Shown here: in pieces, positions 49,741 to 61,986 of the stretch
Layout: every line of letters begins with the position of its first letter
How positions within the stretch are numbered: the stretch's first letter is position 1
NCBI GenBank assembly: GCA_036172245.1
Contig: JAYWIR010000012.1
Span: 2,418,001 to 2,482,000 of the forward strand
Direction of reading: 5' to 3'
Origin: Raillietiella orientalis
Taxonomy: Eukaryota
Length of the DNA: 64,000 nucleotides
The notes under the pieces: generated by a model
Databases searched by the model: none
Told to the model about the DNA's origin: nothing
What the model saw: the letters and a program-made list of their open reading frames with translations, nothing else
Position numbers and translations under genes: made by a program

Positions 49741-52700
49741 ATGTCGGACAAGGACAGGGAGCAGCTGCTAACGGCAAGAACAGGAAGCACCTCGGTTTCC
49801 GCGGGGGAGGGAAATGTCTGCTTCCTCCGCTCTCCCAACGGGCGCTGCAGTCGAGGAGGCGCGCTCTCGAGAACGCACAGACACCCCGACCTTGGACGCG
49901 AGTGCCGGCTGCAACAGCCATCGATGTGCAGAGTTGCCGATACACCACCACCAGCACTAGCAGTCTCTTCGATCGAGGATGCAAGGGCGGTGGTGAGAGC
50001 GATGGTGTCTCCACCTCACTGCTTAGGAGTGCGGCTGCAGCTACCAAAGCCGTTCTTTCAACAGGGGGCACGAAAGCGAGAGGTTTCCCTCGGGATCCAA
50101 GTACGTCAAGTGGGGGTGCAGCGACTTCTTCTTGGGGCACTAGGAGACAGAGGGAGGGAAGTTCTGCCGTCGATTGGGCCCATTCCCCTCCAGCAGAGAG
50201 CGGATGGGTTCACGTGGAAAAAAAAAACGATCCATCAAGAGAAGAAGGGGGGTGGGGAAAGAGATGCTGCGGTTCCTAGAGATCCTCAGGGTCTTCAGGA
50301 CCGCCTCAACATCCGAAGAGTTTTTGCGCGCGGACGGGGTGCAGGGAGCTCCGGTGGAGGTCGGTGGGTGGGGAGGGGGGAACTGTCCGATCCGCAGATC
50401 GGACAGGCCTTCTCTAAGACGGGGAAAAGGCGCCCCCGACGGCGGGTCCCGGTCGGCAGTATGGGACGACAGCCCGGGATGATCAAGAGGCCTCCCCCCC
50501 CCTCACTTTCCCGTCGCGCGTCAACCCCTCGAGAGTGCGCGTAGGAGGCGGCAGAGGTGGATGCGAGTCCGCACCGCGGACATAAGCCGTCTTCGCCCCT
50601 CGCTGTGGGGGTCGGAGTCTCCTCGCAAGCTGCCTAGACAAGGGACCTGGATGGCGCCCCTCCCTTCCGCACTTCGAGCGGGCCTTCCTCCTAATGTTGT
50701 GCCCGGCGGCTCTCCGGAGCGGTGGACCCTAGGCCGGGCTGCCTCCCGGAGTGCTGCTCTCCAGAGGCTCGGACCCTTCCCTGATCGTGTGAGATGCATC
50801 CGGACGAGGGGTACGCCTCACCTCGAGGAGCCGAAAGCGAAGGAGACCCTCCGCGAGTTGTGTTACTGTCCCTAAGGGGCTGTAACGCAACTTGCGGGGG
50901 GTCTCGCTTCTGGTGGCTACGCTGCTCAGCCAAAGATCCTCGGGGGCGGTCAGAGCGCCCCGGGCGGGTCTCGAAGCCCATCGCCGTCTCTTCACACTGC
51001 CTGTGGAGACCCTGCGGCGGCCGGCCGAGTGGGTGCTGCCTATCTCTCAGGTCAGCTGTCGCCACGGGCGAGAAGGCCTCGAGCGGTCCTGGCCAGAGGG
51101 GTCAGCGTGCCTCCCGTGGGCAGGGCGCGTACGCGATGGGGGCGGGGCAATGTTTTTTCTGGCCGCCCCGTGCGGAGCCGGGCGCCGGGGAAGAACGTGG
51201 AGCGAAGGGACGAGTGGAGTCCCCTTGCGGTGAGGGGCGGGGATGGGGATCTGGTCGAGAAGACCCGGGAGGTCGGGAGGATTCTCCCTGCTCCGTGGCT
51301 GATGGCGGTACCACTTCGGCGGGAGGAATGAACAGCGCCCTCCGCCCCCGCGCGGGCTCTCAGAGGCTGCGTTTCCGGGAAGGCAGGGGGAGGACGTAAA
51401 TCACCGCGTCCTCCTCCCCGCACGAGGGCGCCAGGCTCGTCAGGAATGCGACGCTCGTCCGGAGGAATGCGGTGGCGGCACTCGTGGCGCCGCGTGATGA
51501 GGCGGCGCCACCGCAGGGAGCCCTCGCCGTCCCGCAGAGAAGGCGCCTTTCCCCTCTCCCTCCCTCCTTCTCGGACGGCCGGACACGTCCCGCCTGAGAG
51601 AGAGCCGGGTCGCTCCGCCTCTCTACCCGCCGCGCTCCCCCGTCTTCCCGGAATGCCGAGTGAAGAAATTTCGTTTTCCTTCCCTCCCCTCGTCCCCCCC
51701 ATTCTCTTCCTCCAGGTTCCTCCGGGATGGAAATCCCCACCCCCCCTTTTTTTTTCCCCTCTTCTTCTTCCGGCTCCTCGCACGGCGGCGATCGCGCAAT
51801 TTGCGAAGGCATCCGATCCATCTCAATCAATGAGGCAATCGGGTGCAGGAAGTCGAGCGTTCCCATGGAAACCGAGTCGCCTCTCCGCGAAATTGTTTAT
51901 TGGATTTTGTTCGTCCTCGTCGACGGGGCACGCGCGCGCGCAGGAAAAAGAGGGAAAGGGAGGAGGATCAGGAAGAGTAAGAAGAAGGGAATAAAAAAAA
52001 AGACAGGGATAGCCGAGCAAGAGGAGGGAGCGCTCCCGCTCCAGAGAGGGGGCAAGCGAGTGGGAGGATGACAAACAACAAACAAACAAACAAGGGAAAG
52101 GAGGAAGGGGGGGAGGGGAACAGAGCGGGCGATTTGTCCACAGTGCGTCTCGTGCGCGTCGGGGATGAGGGAAGGAGAAAGGGGGGGAAGTGGAGGGGAG
52201 GGGGAGGAGGATCATCCCTCCCTAATTGACTCCTCCTCGCTATCCGACCTCTTTCCCCAGGATGGACGCTGCCGGACAGCTGGGGCGTCTCCGCCGGGTC
52301 CGACTGGCGCCAGCTGAAGGGCGCCGGGGGACGGGGCTGGGAGAGGGCAGGAGGGTCATGGAGACTCGTTCCTGCCCTCATCCCCGTTCACCCGACGGGT
52401 CAAATCTCCTACTGGGGGATGGGCGAGGAGGAAGGAATTCCTGAGGAGGGCTTCCCTGCCCTTCGCCCTCCCGAGGGCTCGCCGAGGAAGCCGCAGGGGC
52501 GTGGCGTGAACAGGCAGCGCAGGCGCGGAGAGTGGGGTGACAGTGGTGCCGTGCGGGGGAGCCTCCTAAGTCCCCCCCTCCCCTTTCTCGCCTTGCCCTC
52601 AGAAAAAAAGGGAGAGCGAAGAAAAAATGCTAATTGGAAGGGTGCCTGGGATGAGCCGCCCCCGTTCTTGTGGGCGCCCCCCGCAGGGTCTCGCGGTCAG

Positions 52701-54560
52701 AGGCGCCCTCGTGGAGATCTGGCGCGAGGAGGGGAAGGGTGGCTGGGGCACCCCTCTCTCATCTCTTCTGACTAGGAGGCCTCGGGGAACTTCTCCTCCC
52801 CTCTTTGCAGGGTTCCGGGGGGAGGACGGGCTGAGGGCTGCCAGCTTCCGCGTGTGCGTCCGACATCCTCGACGCCCCCCCTCCTCCCTCAGTCATGGAC
52901 CAGCGCATCGGGTGGGAACTTAGAGAAGGAAGGGACTCTTGGCAGAATGACCTCGGAGGGAGGGGGTAGCTCCTCCTTCTCTCCTACTCTTGCTCTCCCG
53001 AAGACTCCGGAAGACGTTTCGAAGATTGCGGCCCGCTCTTGAGTATAGGCGAGGTCTCGGCGGCCCGGCCAGTACCTCCCTCCCCTTTGTCCCCTTCTCC
53101 TCCCCATTGCCTCTGGAGCGCGACGGCCAGTGACGCTGGTCCGGGCCCCTCCTGGGCTCCGGATCCCCGCTCTAGTGGTTTGGACGCGGGAAAGGCGCGT
53201 CGATGCGCTTGCGCTCCAGCGGCTGTTGCCTCTCGTTCTTCTCCGGGAGGGGTGATCTTAACGCCTCTGGAGTGGTAGGGTGGGGCTGCGAAAAAAGGGC
53301 CCTTCCCCTTTGCCCTGAGGCGCCGCTCCCCCCCCTGACCCACCTTGCGAGCGCACCACGCCTCCCGCGGCTCGCCGACGCGCGTGCCAGGCGTGGAGCG
53401 CACGCGCGCCGGCTAGCCGCCCAGCCTTTCCAAGCGAACCCTCTCCTTCTTGCCGGCGGCCGACGTGCCGAGGCTCCGCACGCGTCCCCTGAGGGCTCCC
53501 ATGCTGACCCCTTCCAATGTCCGTTCCCCGGGAGGAGCCCTTTCCTTCCCAGCGTGGCCTCTGGGGCGAGCTGCCTCAGCTTCGCAGAGGTCAGGAGAGA
53601 GCAGCACGTCCCCCTTCCGCCCTTCTCCTTCTGCACCCCCACCCCACCCCCGCTTCCTCGAGAAGGGAAATTTCCGGGACGTGTCCTCTCGGAAGGCATG
53701 TCTGCGTTCCCACGGTCGGCTGCGAGAGGGAACTCCCGAATGGGGACGACCCCCGCTGTTTCCACTTTTCCTTTCCTATGGAGAGCAGAGACCCCCTAGA
53801 ACGCGAAAGGCCCTGGAGGCTTTCGGGAATGAAGGTACTCGGGGCATCTCCTAGAGTTGCAGCAGCTCCCCTCCCCCATGCATTCCTTTTCGCTCCTCCT
53901 CCAAGGGTCCCGCTTTCCCTGCTGCTGCTAGCCGCGGTGGAGTTGGCTCCCTAGTACCCCCCCCCTCCCGTCTCCGAGAAGGCACTCCCGAGAGAGTCGG
54001 CGGTAGAGGCCTAGTGGGTGAGTCCCAGCTGACTTTCCTTCTGATGAGTCGGAGCACCACGAGGGGAATCCCGTGCTAGGAATTCGTCCCCTCCCTCCCA
54101 TCCCACCACCCTTTTTAAAGAAGGTGGGATCGGGGTCCCTCGCAGCTTGGGAAAGACTCCCTTCTTCACGGAGGTAACTCCCGACGCGTTCCTAAAGGAT
54201 CCCCCATCTCCCCCTCGCCTAGTCGCCTTTGCAAGGAGCGTAAAGTAGGTAGGGATGCCTGGAAAGAAAAGCGCGTGGGGAAGGAGGGGTGGAGGGATCA
54301 CCAGTCGGAGCCACTCCTTTCTTTCTCCCGTCTTCCTATCCATTTTCCTTCCTCCCCGTCCTTTCCGTGGCGTAGCAAGCAGGGAAACTCCACTTCGAAG
54401 AGAATGGGGGAAAAGGGGGAAGGAAGGAGGCTGCTTCGCAGGACCTCATGATCGGAGGCAACCATCGACCTGTTTCCGCTTTCCTTTCCAGAAGGACGCT
54501 CCTTCGGAAGGGGCGCCCCGCTCCCGATGATCCCTGCTGCTCCGGAGGAGAAATCCAAGA
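49741..54560 (+). mobile_element. Degenerate Helitron RepHel remnant (copy C), interrupted by low-complexity sequence
   Basis: VRAMVSPPHC..LPKPF (M-x-HGPC..PK-x-F), KGGGERDAAV (KG-x-D-x-AV), GRGAGSSGGGRW (GRY-x-SS-x-EA-x-W), ALQRLGPFP..C (ALGR..V-x-P..EC), PEDSG/KTF (PGGTGKTF, ~53000), PFQANPLLLAGGRRAEAPHASPEGSHAD (FGG..LLAGDFRQ-x-LPV-x-P..AD, ~53425), PPPFLKKVGS (PPH-x-L-x-LKVG), CFAGPHDRRQPST (FA-x-TINKSQGQT). Confidence 0.6.
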
Positions 54561-56315
54561 TCGCTTCCCGGCCTATTTTCTGAGCCCTTCGCTCTCTCTG
54601 ATGCAACCTGCCCTTCCTCAGCGCCCTCCCTGCTTCCACCCCCTACCCGAGGGACGCGGAGGACGCGCGTCCCGGGTGCAGGTGAGGAGGAGGAGGAAGG
54701 ATAGGAGGAGGGGGAAGAAAAAGAGGAGGAAGGGAAGTAGGAGGAGAAAAGGGAAAAGGAGCATTCCATCAGAGGATCTGGTTTGGAGTCCCGTGAAGAG
54801 GTATCAGAAAGGAGGAAAGAATGGGGATGCGGGACGCTCCTTCTCCCTCCCGACGCAGCAAATGAGGGAATCGAAGTTTCTGTCAGCTCACTCCTGAGGA
54901 GCTTCCCTAAGGAAGAGTAGGCGGCCAGGAGTGAGGAGAGGGAAGACTGTCCTCCTGGTCGGTAGGGCGCTTGGGGGACGCCGCTAGAGGAGCGTCGCAG
55001 TCGAGGGATATCTCAGGCCTTCACCTGCTGAGCGCTCCCCTCCGAGGGCAGAGAGAAGCGCGCTGTGGCGCGGGGTGGACGAGAAGGGAATGGGGCGAGG
55101 CATCTGCCTGGCCCCTTCCCCCGCCTTTCCCTTCATTTCTTTCTCTGCCGCAGGAGGCACCAAAGGAAAGGCTCCTGCCGCAAGGAAGGTAGGAAGGAGG
55201 TGGTGCCCTCGTGAGCCTTCTCTCCTTGACACGCATCTACGACCGGAAGAGGATGTCCTCTAAGTGGGGAAACACGTGGGAAGGGGGGGGGGGGGTGAAG
55301 CATGCGCACGTGGCACAGGAGAGCCCGTCCAGTCGGCCGATTGCTTCCTTCCCGTCCTCTCTCCTACCTCGTACTCCATGAGAGTCTGCGAGTGGTGGGA
55401 CTGCAGAAGAAGGGCGAAACCCCCCGTAGCAGGGTGGAGCGCGATTGACTCCTATGGACGCGCGGGAGGGGAGCAAGGAAGAGTCCCGCCTCCCAGGCCG
55501 GCCGGCTCACTGTCCTTGCTCGCCTGCTTCCCTCTCTGGGAGCGAACAGAAGGGAGAAGAGGGGTGGAGGCTTCTGCCTCTCCGGGGTGGCCGCTCCGCG
55601 ATCTCCTCCGCAGGAAGTGCGGAGGACGCCTGCGCGTCGCCGGGAAAACGCCGCCCTGAGGTCGCGCGGCGCCGCAAGGGTCTCTCCCGGGAGATGATGG
55701 ATTCCCTGCGTCCGGGAGATGAATTCTGGCGGGAGGCAATGGGGTGGGAGGAGCGGGGGGGAAAATGGAGGCTCCTTCGTTCTCCGGAATGCAGGGACGA
55801 AACTCTGCGCGACTAATTGGGACGCGCCGGCGCCAGCCTTGGTCATCCCACGGAAGTCTCCAGGAAAGGCGAAGAGAGGAGAGGCGGCAGGCAAGTCGGG
55901 CGCTCTCCCGCCTTCCCTCCGGGAACAGCCCTTAACTCAGAGGCGGATTTCTAAGGGGGGATCCGAGGGGCTGGGGCTCAACCCTCTTTCCATCCCCACT
56001 CGCTTTCCCTCGTCCCGCAGAGGGGAGATAGGGGGGAGGGAAGGGCTCTCAGACTGGCACTTCCGCGCCCATTGCAGTCCCCTCTCCCTCCCGCGGTCAG
56101 CGCACCGGCGGCTTCCCGGCGGGAGCCTCCCGCTTGGAGGGTGCGGGTACGCTCCCGGGTTTTGGGTTACCTGCGCGCGCGGCATGTGCGCGCGACGTCA
56201 CGGAAGCTCGTTAACCCGCCGGGGCTTCCCGTCGGGGTCCTACATCGCGCTTCGGGTCGCTGGGAGGCGCGCCCTCAACCCACTCGCCCCTCCGTCCGTG
56301 AGGCGCCAGTCCCGC

Positions 56316-56347
<32 letters not shown>

Positions 56348-56504
56348 TTTCTGACACGCGCTCGGGCCGGGAACGGTGAGGCGCCTTCCTCCCGGTCCGT
56401 CCGTCGCCACGTCTTCCGGGAGAACGGGGTGGGAGAGAGCCGACTTTCTCTGCCCTTCTCTTCCCTTCGTCCTGCCCCAGCCCCTCTTCCGTCTGGAAGG
56501 CATT

Positions 56505-56622
56505 GGGGAGAAGGGAGAAGAGGAGGAGGAGGGAAGAAGGAAGGAGGAAGGTAGGAAGGAAGAGGATAAGAGGAGGGAAGAGGGGAGGAAGAAGCAGGGA
56601 GGGGAAAACAGGAAAAGGAGGG
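56505..56622. repeat. Purine-rich low-complexity tract
   Basis: ggggagaagggagaagaggaggaggagggaagaaggaaggaggaagg... seen directly. Confidence 0.8.
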
Positions 56623-58839
56623 ACGTACATGGGCAAGGATCCGTTCTGGTACGCTCTTTCCGAAAGGCTTGACGAGGAAGCGGGGCATCGTCATCGGAAC
56701 TGCACACTCGCCTGTTCCCTCCTCCCCCCTCGCTCCCTCCCCTTTTTGTGTTCCTCGCCCTCTCGACAGCCCCTGAGTCTCCCCTCCGCCTTCCTTCCTC
56801 CGTGCAACGAGTCTTGCTGACCGCGGAGGAGTCCCGCGCACCGCCTCCTTCGGCGGGAGGAGCTCCCGACCGTTCCCTGTTTTCTTTCCCTCCCCATTAG
56901 CGCTCCCGACCCCTCTTCCTCCCGCGGTTTGCGACAGCCACGGGCGGCCTCCTCTAATCAGCTCCAGCGAAAAGCGGTGGAGGGAGCGCCCGCGGGAGAC
57001 AGCATGATGGATGCCCAGCGCCGTCTCCCCGGGAAACGGCGCGCATGTGCGGGAGCGCGCATTACGTGCCATCAAGACTCGGGGTTTCGGGTTTCGGGAG
57101 ACCGGGAAGCCGGGAACCCCTGCTCTTATTAAAGCTCGGGGAGGAGACGGGAAGCGGAGCGCGACACCTCTCCCCCGCCCCCGCGCGCGGCCCTTCTCCC
57201 CCTCCCCTCTCTTCCCGTCCCGGAATCTTTCCGGCGCCTGCCTGCGTGACCCCGGAGTGACCCTTTCCATAAGATACAAATCCTGACAAAACGTTTCGCG
57301 TCGTTCGTTCGGGATAACTGATGTTCCGGCCGCGCGCGCGCGAGTTCTTTTCCACGGGGAGGGGAGGGGGGAGAATCCGGGAGTGCAGGAACAAGGAAAG
57401 CCGGGAAGAGCGGGGAGGAAGGGGAGGGAGGGTCCGCACGTTTCCGGTACCTCCGCTTCCTGCCGCAGCCTCCGCGTGCCCCCGTCGACCCCCCGCGTTC
57501 TGGGAAAGCACGGCATCGGGAAGGAGGCGATGAGGACGACTCTCTCCGAAAGTCTTCCGAGACTGCCTTAGCCTCCTACCCTCTTTCCTTGATGATGTAC
57601 CCTCTGACCCCCGTCCCCCATCCTTCCCACCCAGGGTGGAGGCGCACCGTCTCGCCTCCGCCACCGAAAGGACCCCTGAAGAGGGAGGTGGGGTTGGCGA
57701 CCAGCAGGGGCCGGGGCAGCGTCAGCTCGCTGCTTCAGAGGCCGTCGAAGGCAGCCGCAAGGGATCTCTCCCCCTCCCAACCCTCGGCGGGGAGGATAAA
57801 GAAGGGGAAAAAGGGGATCGAGGGAAGGGGTCGCATGCTGTCCCCTTGCTGGTTTTTCGGGCTTCCTTCCGTGGGACGCGGACCAGCTCCTGGAGAGGCT
57901 CCAGCTGTGTCTTGGAGGACCCTATGGCTTCCCGCTTCCCCAGTCACGAACGGGGAAGGCTCAGAGGACGCGGTCTTCGGCAGGTCCGCGGTCAAGGTCG
58001 ACCTTCCAGCAACGCCCGCAGGAGGGGAAACCGACAGCTCGAGCCTTACTCCCGGGAGGATCATGGACACCGGTTCCAAGGGAAACCAGGAAGACCCGCT
58101 CTGGACGTCCCGAAGGGGGAGCACCACCGCTCTCCCCTGTGGTCCCCCCCATCCGGCGAAAAGGAGGACTGAGTAAGGGCATCGAAGGCTCCGACGAAAG
58201 GAGGGGGTCGGCGATTCCATCCACTGGAAGGGAGGCGTTTTTCAAGCCCTCGTCCTGCCCTGGCTCCCAGAAAGTCCGGAAGGAATCCACGGTAGGAGGT
58301 AGAGGCCTCCCACAGCCCGAGGAAGCCCCGGTCCTCTCGGGCTCTCAGAGGCGGAGGGTCAGTCCGGGCAAGCCTCCCGAGCCTCTGGACATCTCGTTCG
58401 CTCCCTGGACCCGGGAAGAAGGGCAGGCCGAGGGCAGCTCGAGGAGAGGGTCCAATCGCGAGGGGAGAAATCTCACCGGGGGGAGCCGTCCAGTTATCCC
58501 CTCTCCCGGGCCGAGTCGACCACGAGTGTAGAGACGCTGATGTTCACAGCCCTCCCGTAGGACCTCTCCGAGACTCCGAGGCGGAATCTCCCAACGTCTG
58601 GGGCAGATCCTGGAATGGAGGGCTTCTCGCCCCTTCGCCGTGTGGTTCACAGGGAGAGAGGAGTGGGCGCGGGAGGAAAGGAGGGTGCTCCCCCGAGCTG
58701 TCACGCGTCTCTCTGGCTGCAGGCTCGTCCAGACTCCTCTGCCACGGGGGTCTCCTCTTCCCTCCCCCCTCGAGGGGAGAGGCGCGACAATCCACCGCAC
58801 TTCCCGTGCCGGATCGTCATCGTCGTCGCGCGCGCCTCC

Positions 58840-59135
58840 CTCCGGCTGCGGGCGGCGATGCGCGCGCTTCCCGCCGCCTCCGTCACCGAGAGAGAGCGCT
58901 GGCGAGGGCGCTCGGTCGGCTGCCGCTGCTCGCTCGCTCGCTCGCTCGCAGCCGGGTGGGAGGAGCGAGCGGGTCCGGTCGGGCGAGGAGTGGGCGGTGC
59001 CTGGGAAAGGGTCGGCGAGCGGAGCGCGCGCCGCCCGCCAGGCCCCGTCAGGCCGCGACGCGCTGCGGAGGCTGCGTGCTGGCGGATTCGTGCGGTTCCC
59101 TCGGCCGGGTGCGGACGCTGCCGCTGCTGCACGGG
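58840..59135 (+). promoter_or_regulatory. Probable 5' UTR / proximal promoter of the Iroquois gene
   Basis: CpG-dense stretch with a (GCTC)n run immediately upstream of the start codon; the call is positional and no TSS can be seen. Confidence 0.35.
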
Positions 59136-59180
59136 ATGTCTGCGTTTGGATTCCCCTACGCCGCCGCTGCTGCGTCGCAC
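59136..59180 (+). CDS. Irx: Iroquois homeobox gene, coding exon 1
   Basis: ATG in gggATG; MSAFGFPYAAAAASH resembles the Irx N-terminus (MS..FGYPY); 45 nt, phase 0, followed by donor GTGAGT at 59181. Confidence 0.8.
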
Positions 59181-59896
59181 GTGAGTGTGTTGACCCCTCC
59201 ATTCCCCCTCTCTTCCCCCCCCCCTCCCCCCCTCCCTTCCCCTTTCGTCGTTGCTCCCGGAGTCGCGCGCCTTCCGAAGTGCGGGCCATCTCGCTCCTCG
59301 GAAGGCGCCCTCCTTCCCCACCCCGCCTGCTCCCTTTCCCTCCCCGCAGCTTTCTCCGGGTCCGGGTGATCCCCCCCCCCTCTCCACCCTAGAGTCGCTT
59401 CTCCTCGGAGCGGCGATGGGGGAAGAAGCGCGGCGGCAGGGGCAGACGGGTCGCTGTCCCCGCGGGCGGGCGCCAGGGGTGGCGGAAGGGTCGCGAGGGG
59501 ACCCCACGGGTTGATCCTCCAGCCGGGGTAGCAGCGGGAAGCCCGGCGTCGGGTCGGCGGCACTGCCACTCCCGGCGAGGCGTCCCGCTCTCCTGGCCCG
59601 CGGGGGAAGCCGCCGCCGGAATTCCAGCGCCCCTCGCGATTCGACGCCGCCGCCGCAGCCCCGGGGGGTTAACGGGACCGCGCGCGCCGCCCCCGCTCGT
59701 GAGGGCTCCTTCCTCTTGCGGAGGGAGGGAGGGTGGAGGAAGAGGGAAGAAAGGAAAAGGGGGGAGGGAGAGTAGGAAGAGGGACCACCCTTCCAGTCGC
59801 TTCGGATCCCCCCCTCCCTTCTGTCCCTCCCGACCCAGAGGGGGGGTCTGCGGCTCGATGGTCCAGCCCGCTGTTCACACTGACTGTCTTCCCCAG

Positions 59897-60205
59897 CTCC
59901 TGCTAAGCGGACAGACAGCCGCTGCCTTTACCGACCTGGCACCGGGAAGCGGGGCCGCGTCCTTCTGCGACGTCTGCCGTTCGTTCTGCCCCGATGCGGT
60001 GCCCGGGCAACCGGCGTCCACCTGCCAGCACGACGCCTCGGCAGCGGCGGCGGCGGCGGCGGCGGCCGCCGCCGCCGCGAGGATGGCGGCTTTTCAGTCC
60101 TGCCACCAGGTGGCAGTGCCCGCTGCGGCCTCCGTCGGCGGATATCCGTCCTACGCCCAGGGAGGCTTCCCAGGTCTCTCCTTCGACCCGCCATCCTTTT
60201 ACGTG
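59897..60205 (+). CDS. Irx: Iroquois homeobox gene, coding exon 2 (divergent Cys-containing N-terminal box, poly-Ala)
   Basis: Acceptor ctgactgtcttcccCAG; reads LLLSGQ...FCDVCRSFCPDAVPGQPASTCQHD...FDPPSFYV; 309 nt, phase 0; donor GTGAGC at 60206. Confidence 0.85.
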
Positions 60206-60659
60206 GTGAGCCCTTCCCCCTCCCCCGCGCGGGCTCTCGCGCGCGTAGCGTCCGGCAGGGGATCAGCGGACGCGGACCCAACGACTCCCTTCTGCCGGTC
60301 CTCCCGGGACTCTGCTCCCCTCCTTACCTGTCAGGTCTACTGGGGAGGAGGGAAGGAGAGAACAGCATCTGTCCCCTGGGTGCTGACCTGGAAGCTCCAT
60401 GAGGCGAAGGGATGAGGAGGAGAGGAAGGAACGTGCTACCCTCCCACCCCTTTTCCCCCCGAACAGTTCGCCCCTCCGCTCTGTCGTTCGCTCCGCGCGG
60501 GTTCCCCTCCCGGCCCTCTGCCCATCTCTCCGCCGGTCTTCTCCATCAAAGCTGCTGCTTGCTGCGCCGGCGGCGCGGGGGGCATCTCTCCCCCCTCTCC
60601 CTTCCTTCCAGTCCCCCCTGCCCGCGCTCCTTTTCACCATCCTTTCTCGATCTCTCCAG

Positions 60660-60781
60660 GGAGCCGCCTACCCGCCGAAGGAGGGCGGCGGAGCCACGAG
60701 CGACTTTGCGGCCTGGACAGGGGCCGCAGTGACCTCGGGTCCCAGGTATTACCCCTACGACTCGATGCTAGCCGCTTACAG
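60660..60781 (+). CDS. Irx: Iroquois homeobox gene, coding exon 3
   Basis: Acceptor tctctcCAG; GAAYPPKE...YYPYDSMLAAY(R) with the YYPYD..LAAY motif that precedes arthropod Irx homeodomains; 122 nt, phase 2; donor GTAAGC at 60782. Confidence 0.9.
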
Positions 60782-61154
60782 GTAAGCGAGGGCGACGCCG
60801 AAAGGAGGAGGGGTGGAAGGGAGTGAGCAGGGCCGGAAGCGGCGGTCCTTTCCCTCCTTTTTGAACGCTGTCGCTCCCTTCCCTTCCTTCATCCAGAAGG
60901 TAGGGGCGTCGGAAAAGGAAGGAAGGAGGGCAGAAAATGGGAGGCAAGGCCGGACGAGCCTCCGGGGAGTGGAGGCGAAGAGGGCTGTCTCAAGGCAGTC
61001 GCCTTCCGACTTGACTCCACAGAGGGTCTTCGCGGCGTCCTGGCGTCTTCTCCCTCCCCTCCCTCCCCCCTCTCCGGGCGCTTCCCTCCCTCCCTCCCAA
61101 ACGGGCGGGAAAGTGGTCGTGCGGCGCTGCCTTCCTCCAACCCTTCTCTTGCAG

Positions 61155-61986
61155 GTACGGAGGTGGTCCCGGCTACGACCTAAACGCCCGCCGCAAGAAC
61201 GCCACCAGGGAGTCTACCGCCACCCTGAAGGCGTGGCTCCTGGAGCACAAGAAGAACCCCTACCCCACGAAGGGGGAGAAGGTCATGCTGGCCATCATCA
61301 CCAAGATGACTCTCACGCAAGTGTCCACGTGGTTCGCCAATGCCCGGAGGCGCCTGAAGAAGGAGAACAAGATGACCTGGGAGCCGAAGGGTCGGACGGA
61401 GGAGGAGGATCGCCTGACAGAAGACGAGGACGAGGACGAGGACGAAGACGAGGAGGAAGGGGAGGAAGAAGGGGAGGAGCACGGGGGGAAGACGAAGCCC
61501 TTCTTGCGCGGGGCTAAGAGCAAGCCCTCTTGCGAGGCTTCCCGCCTGCCCTCGACATCCCCGACTCCGCCGCCCCCGCCGTCCCAGCAGCAACCGCCGC
61601 CGCCCTCGTCCCGGCCGACGGCGGCCGTCGTCACGCCCAAGGGCAAGTCCAAGCCGAAGATCTGGTCGCTAGCAGACACTGCGGCCTCCAAGACGCCTCC
61701 TCCCCCTCCCACGGTCCACGCCGCAGCGCCGCCGCCGCCCGCGGTGCCGGCGTGGGCGGCGGCGGCGGCAGCTGCTGCGGCGGCGGCGGCAGGTCACGGG
61801 GGCACCCCCTGTCCCGGACTCTTCACCCCGGGCTTCCCCGGGGCCGAGGCCATCCAGGCCGACACGCCGCCCCAGACTCCACCCAGCATGAAGCTGCCCC
61901 CGGGATTCGGAGCTCTCCCCCTGTTCCTACCGGTAGGCCAGCTGGGCTACCCTCCGTCCCTCTGCAGCAGGCCGATCGATCGCTGA
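61155..61986 (+). CDS. Irx: Iroquois homeobox gene, coding exon 4 (TALE homeodomain, acidic tract, IRO box); araucan/caupolican-like
   Basis: Acceptor cttctcttgCAG, phase matches. [67 protein letters not shown], acidic EDEDED tract, IRO box [19 protein letters not shown] motif, TGA at 61984-61986. The four exons total 1308 nt = 435 aa plus stop. RESTAT and WEPK fit ara/caup rather than mirror. Confidence 0.97.

Noticed and set aside
56275..57516. 413-aa minus-strand ORF, the longest in the track
   Set aside because: R/G/P-rich low-complexity translation; stop-poor frames are expected at this GC content.
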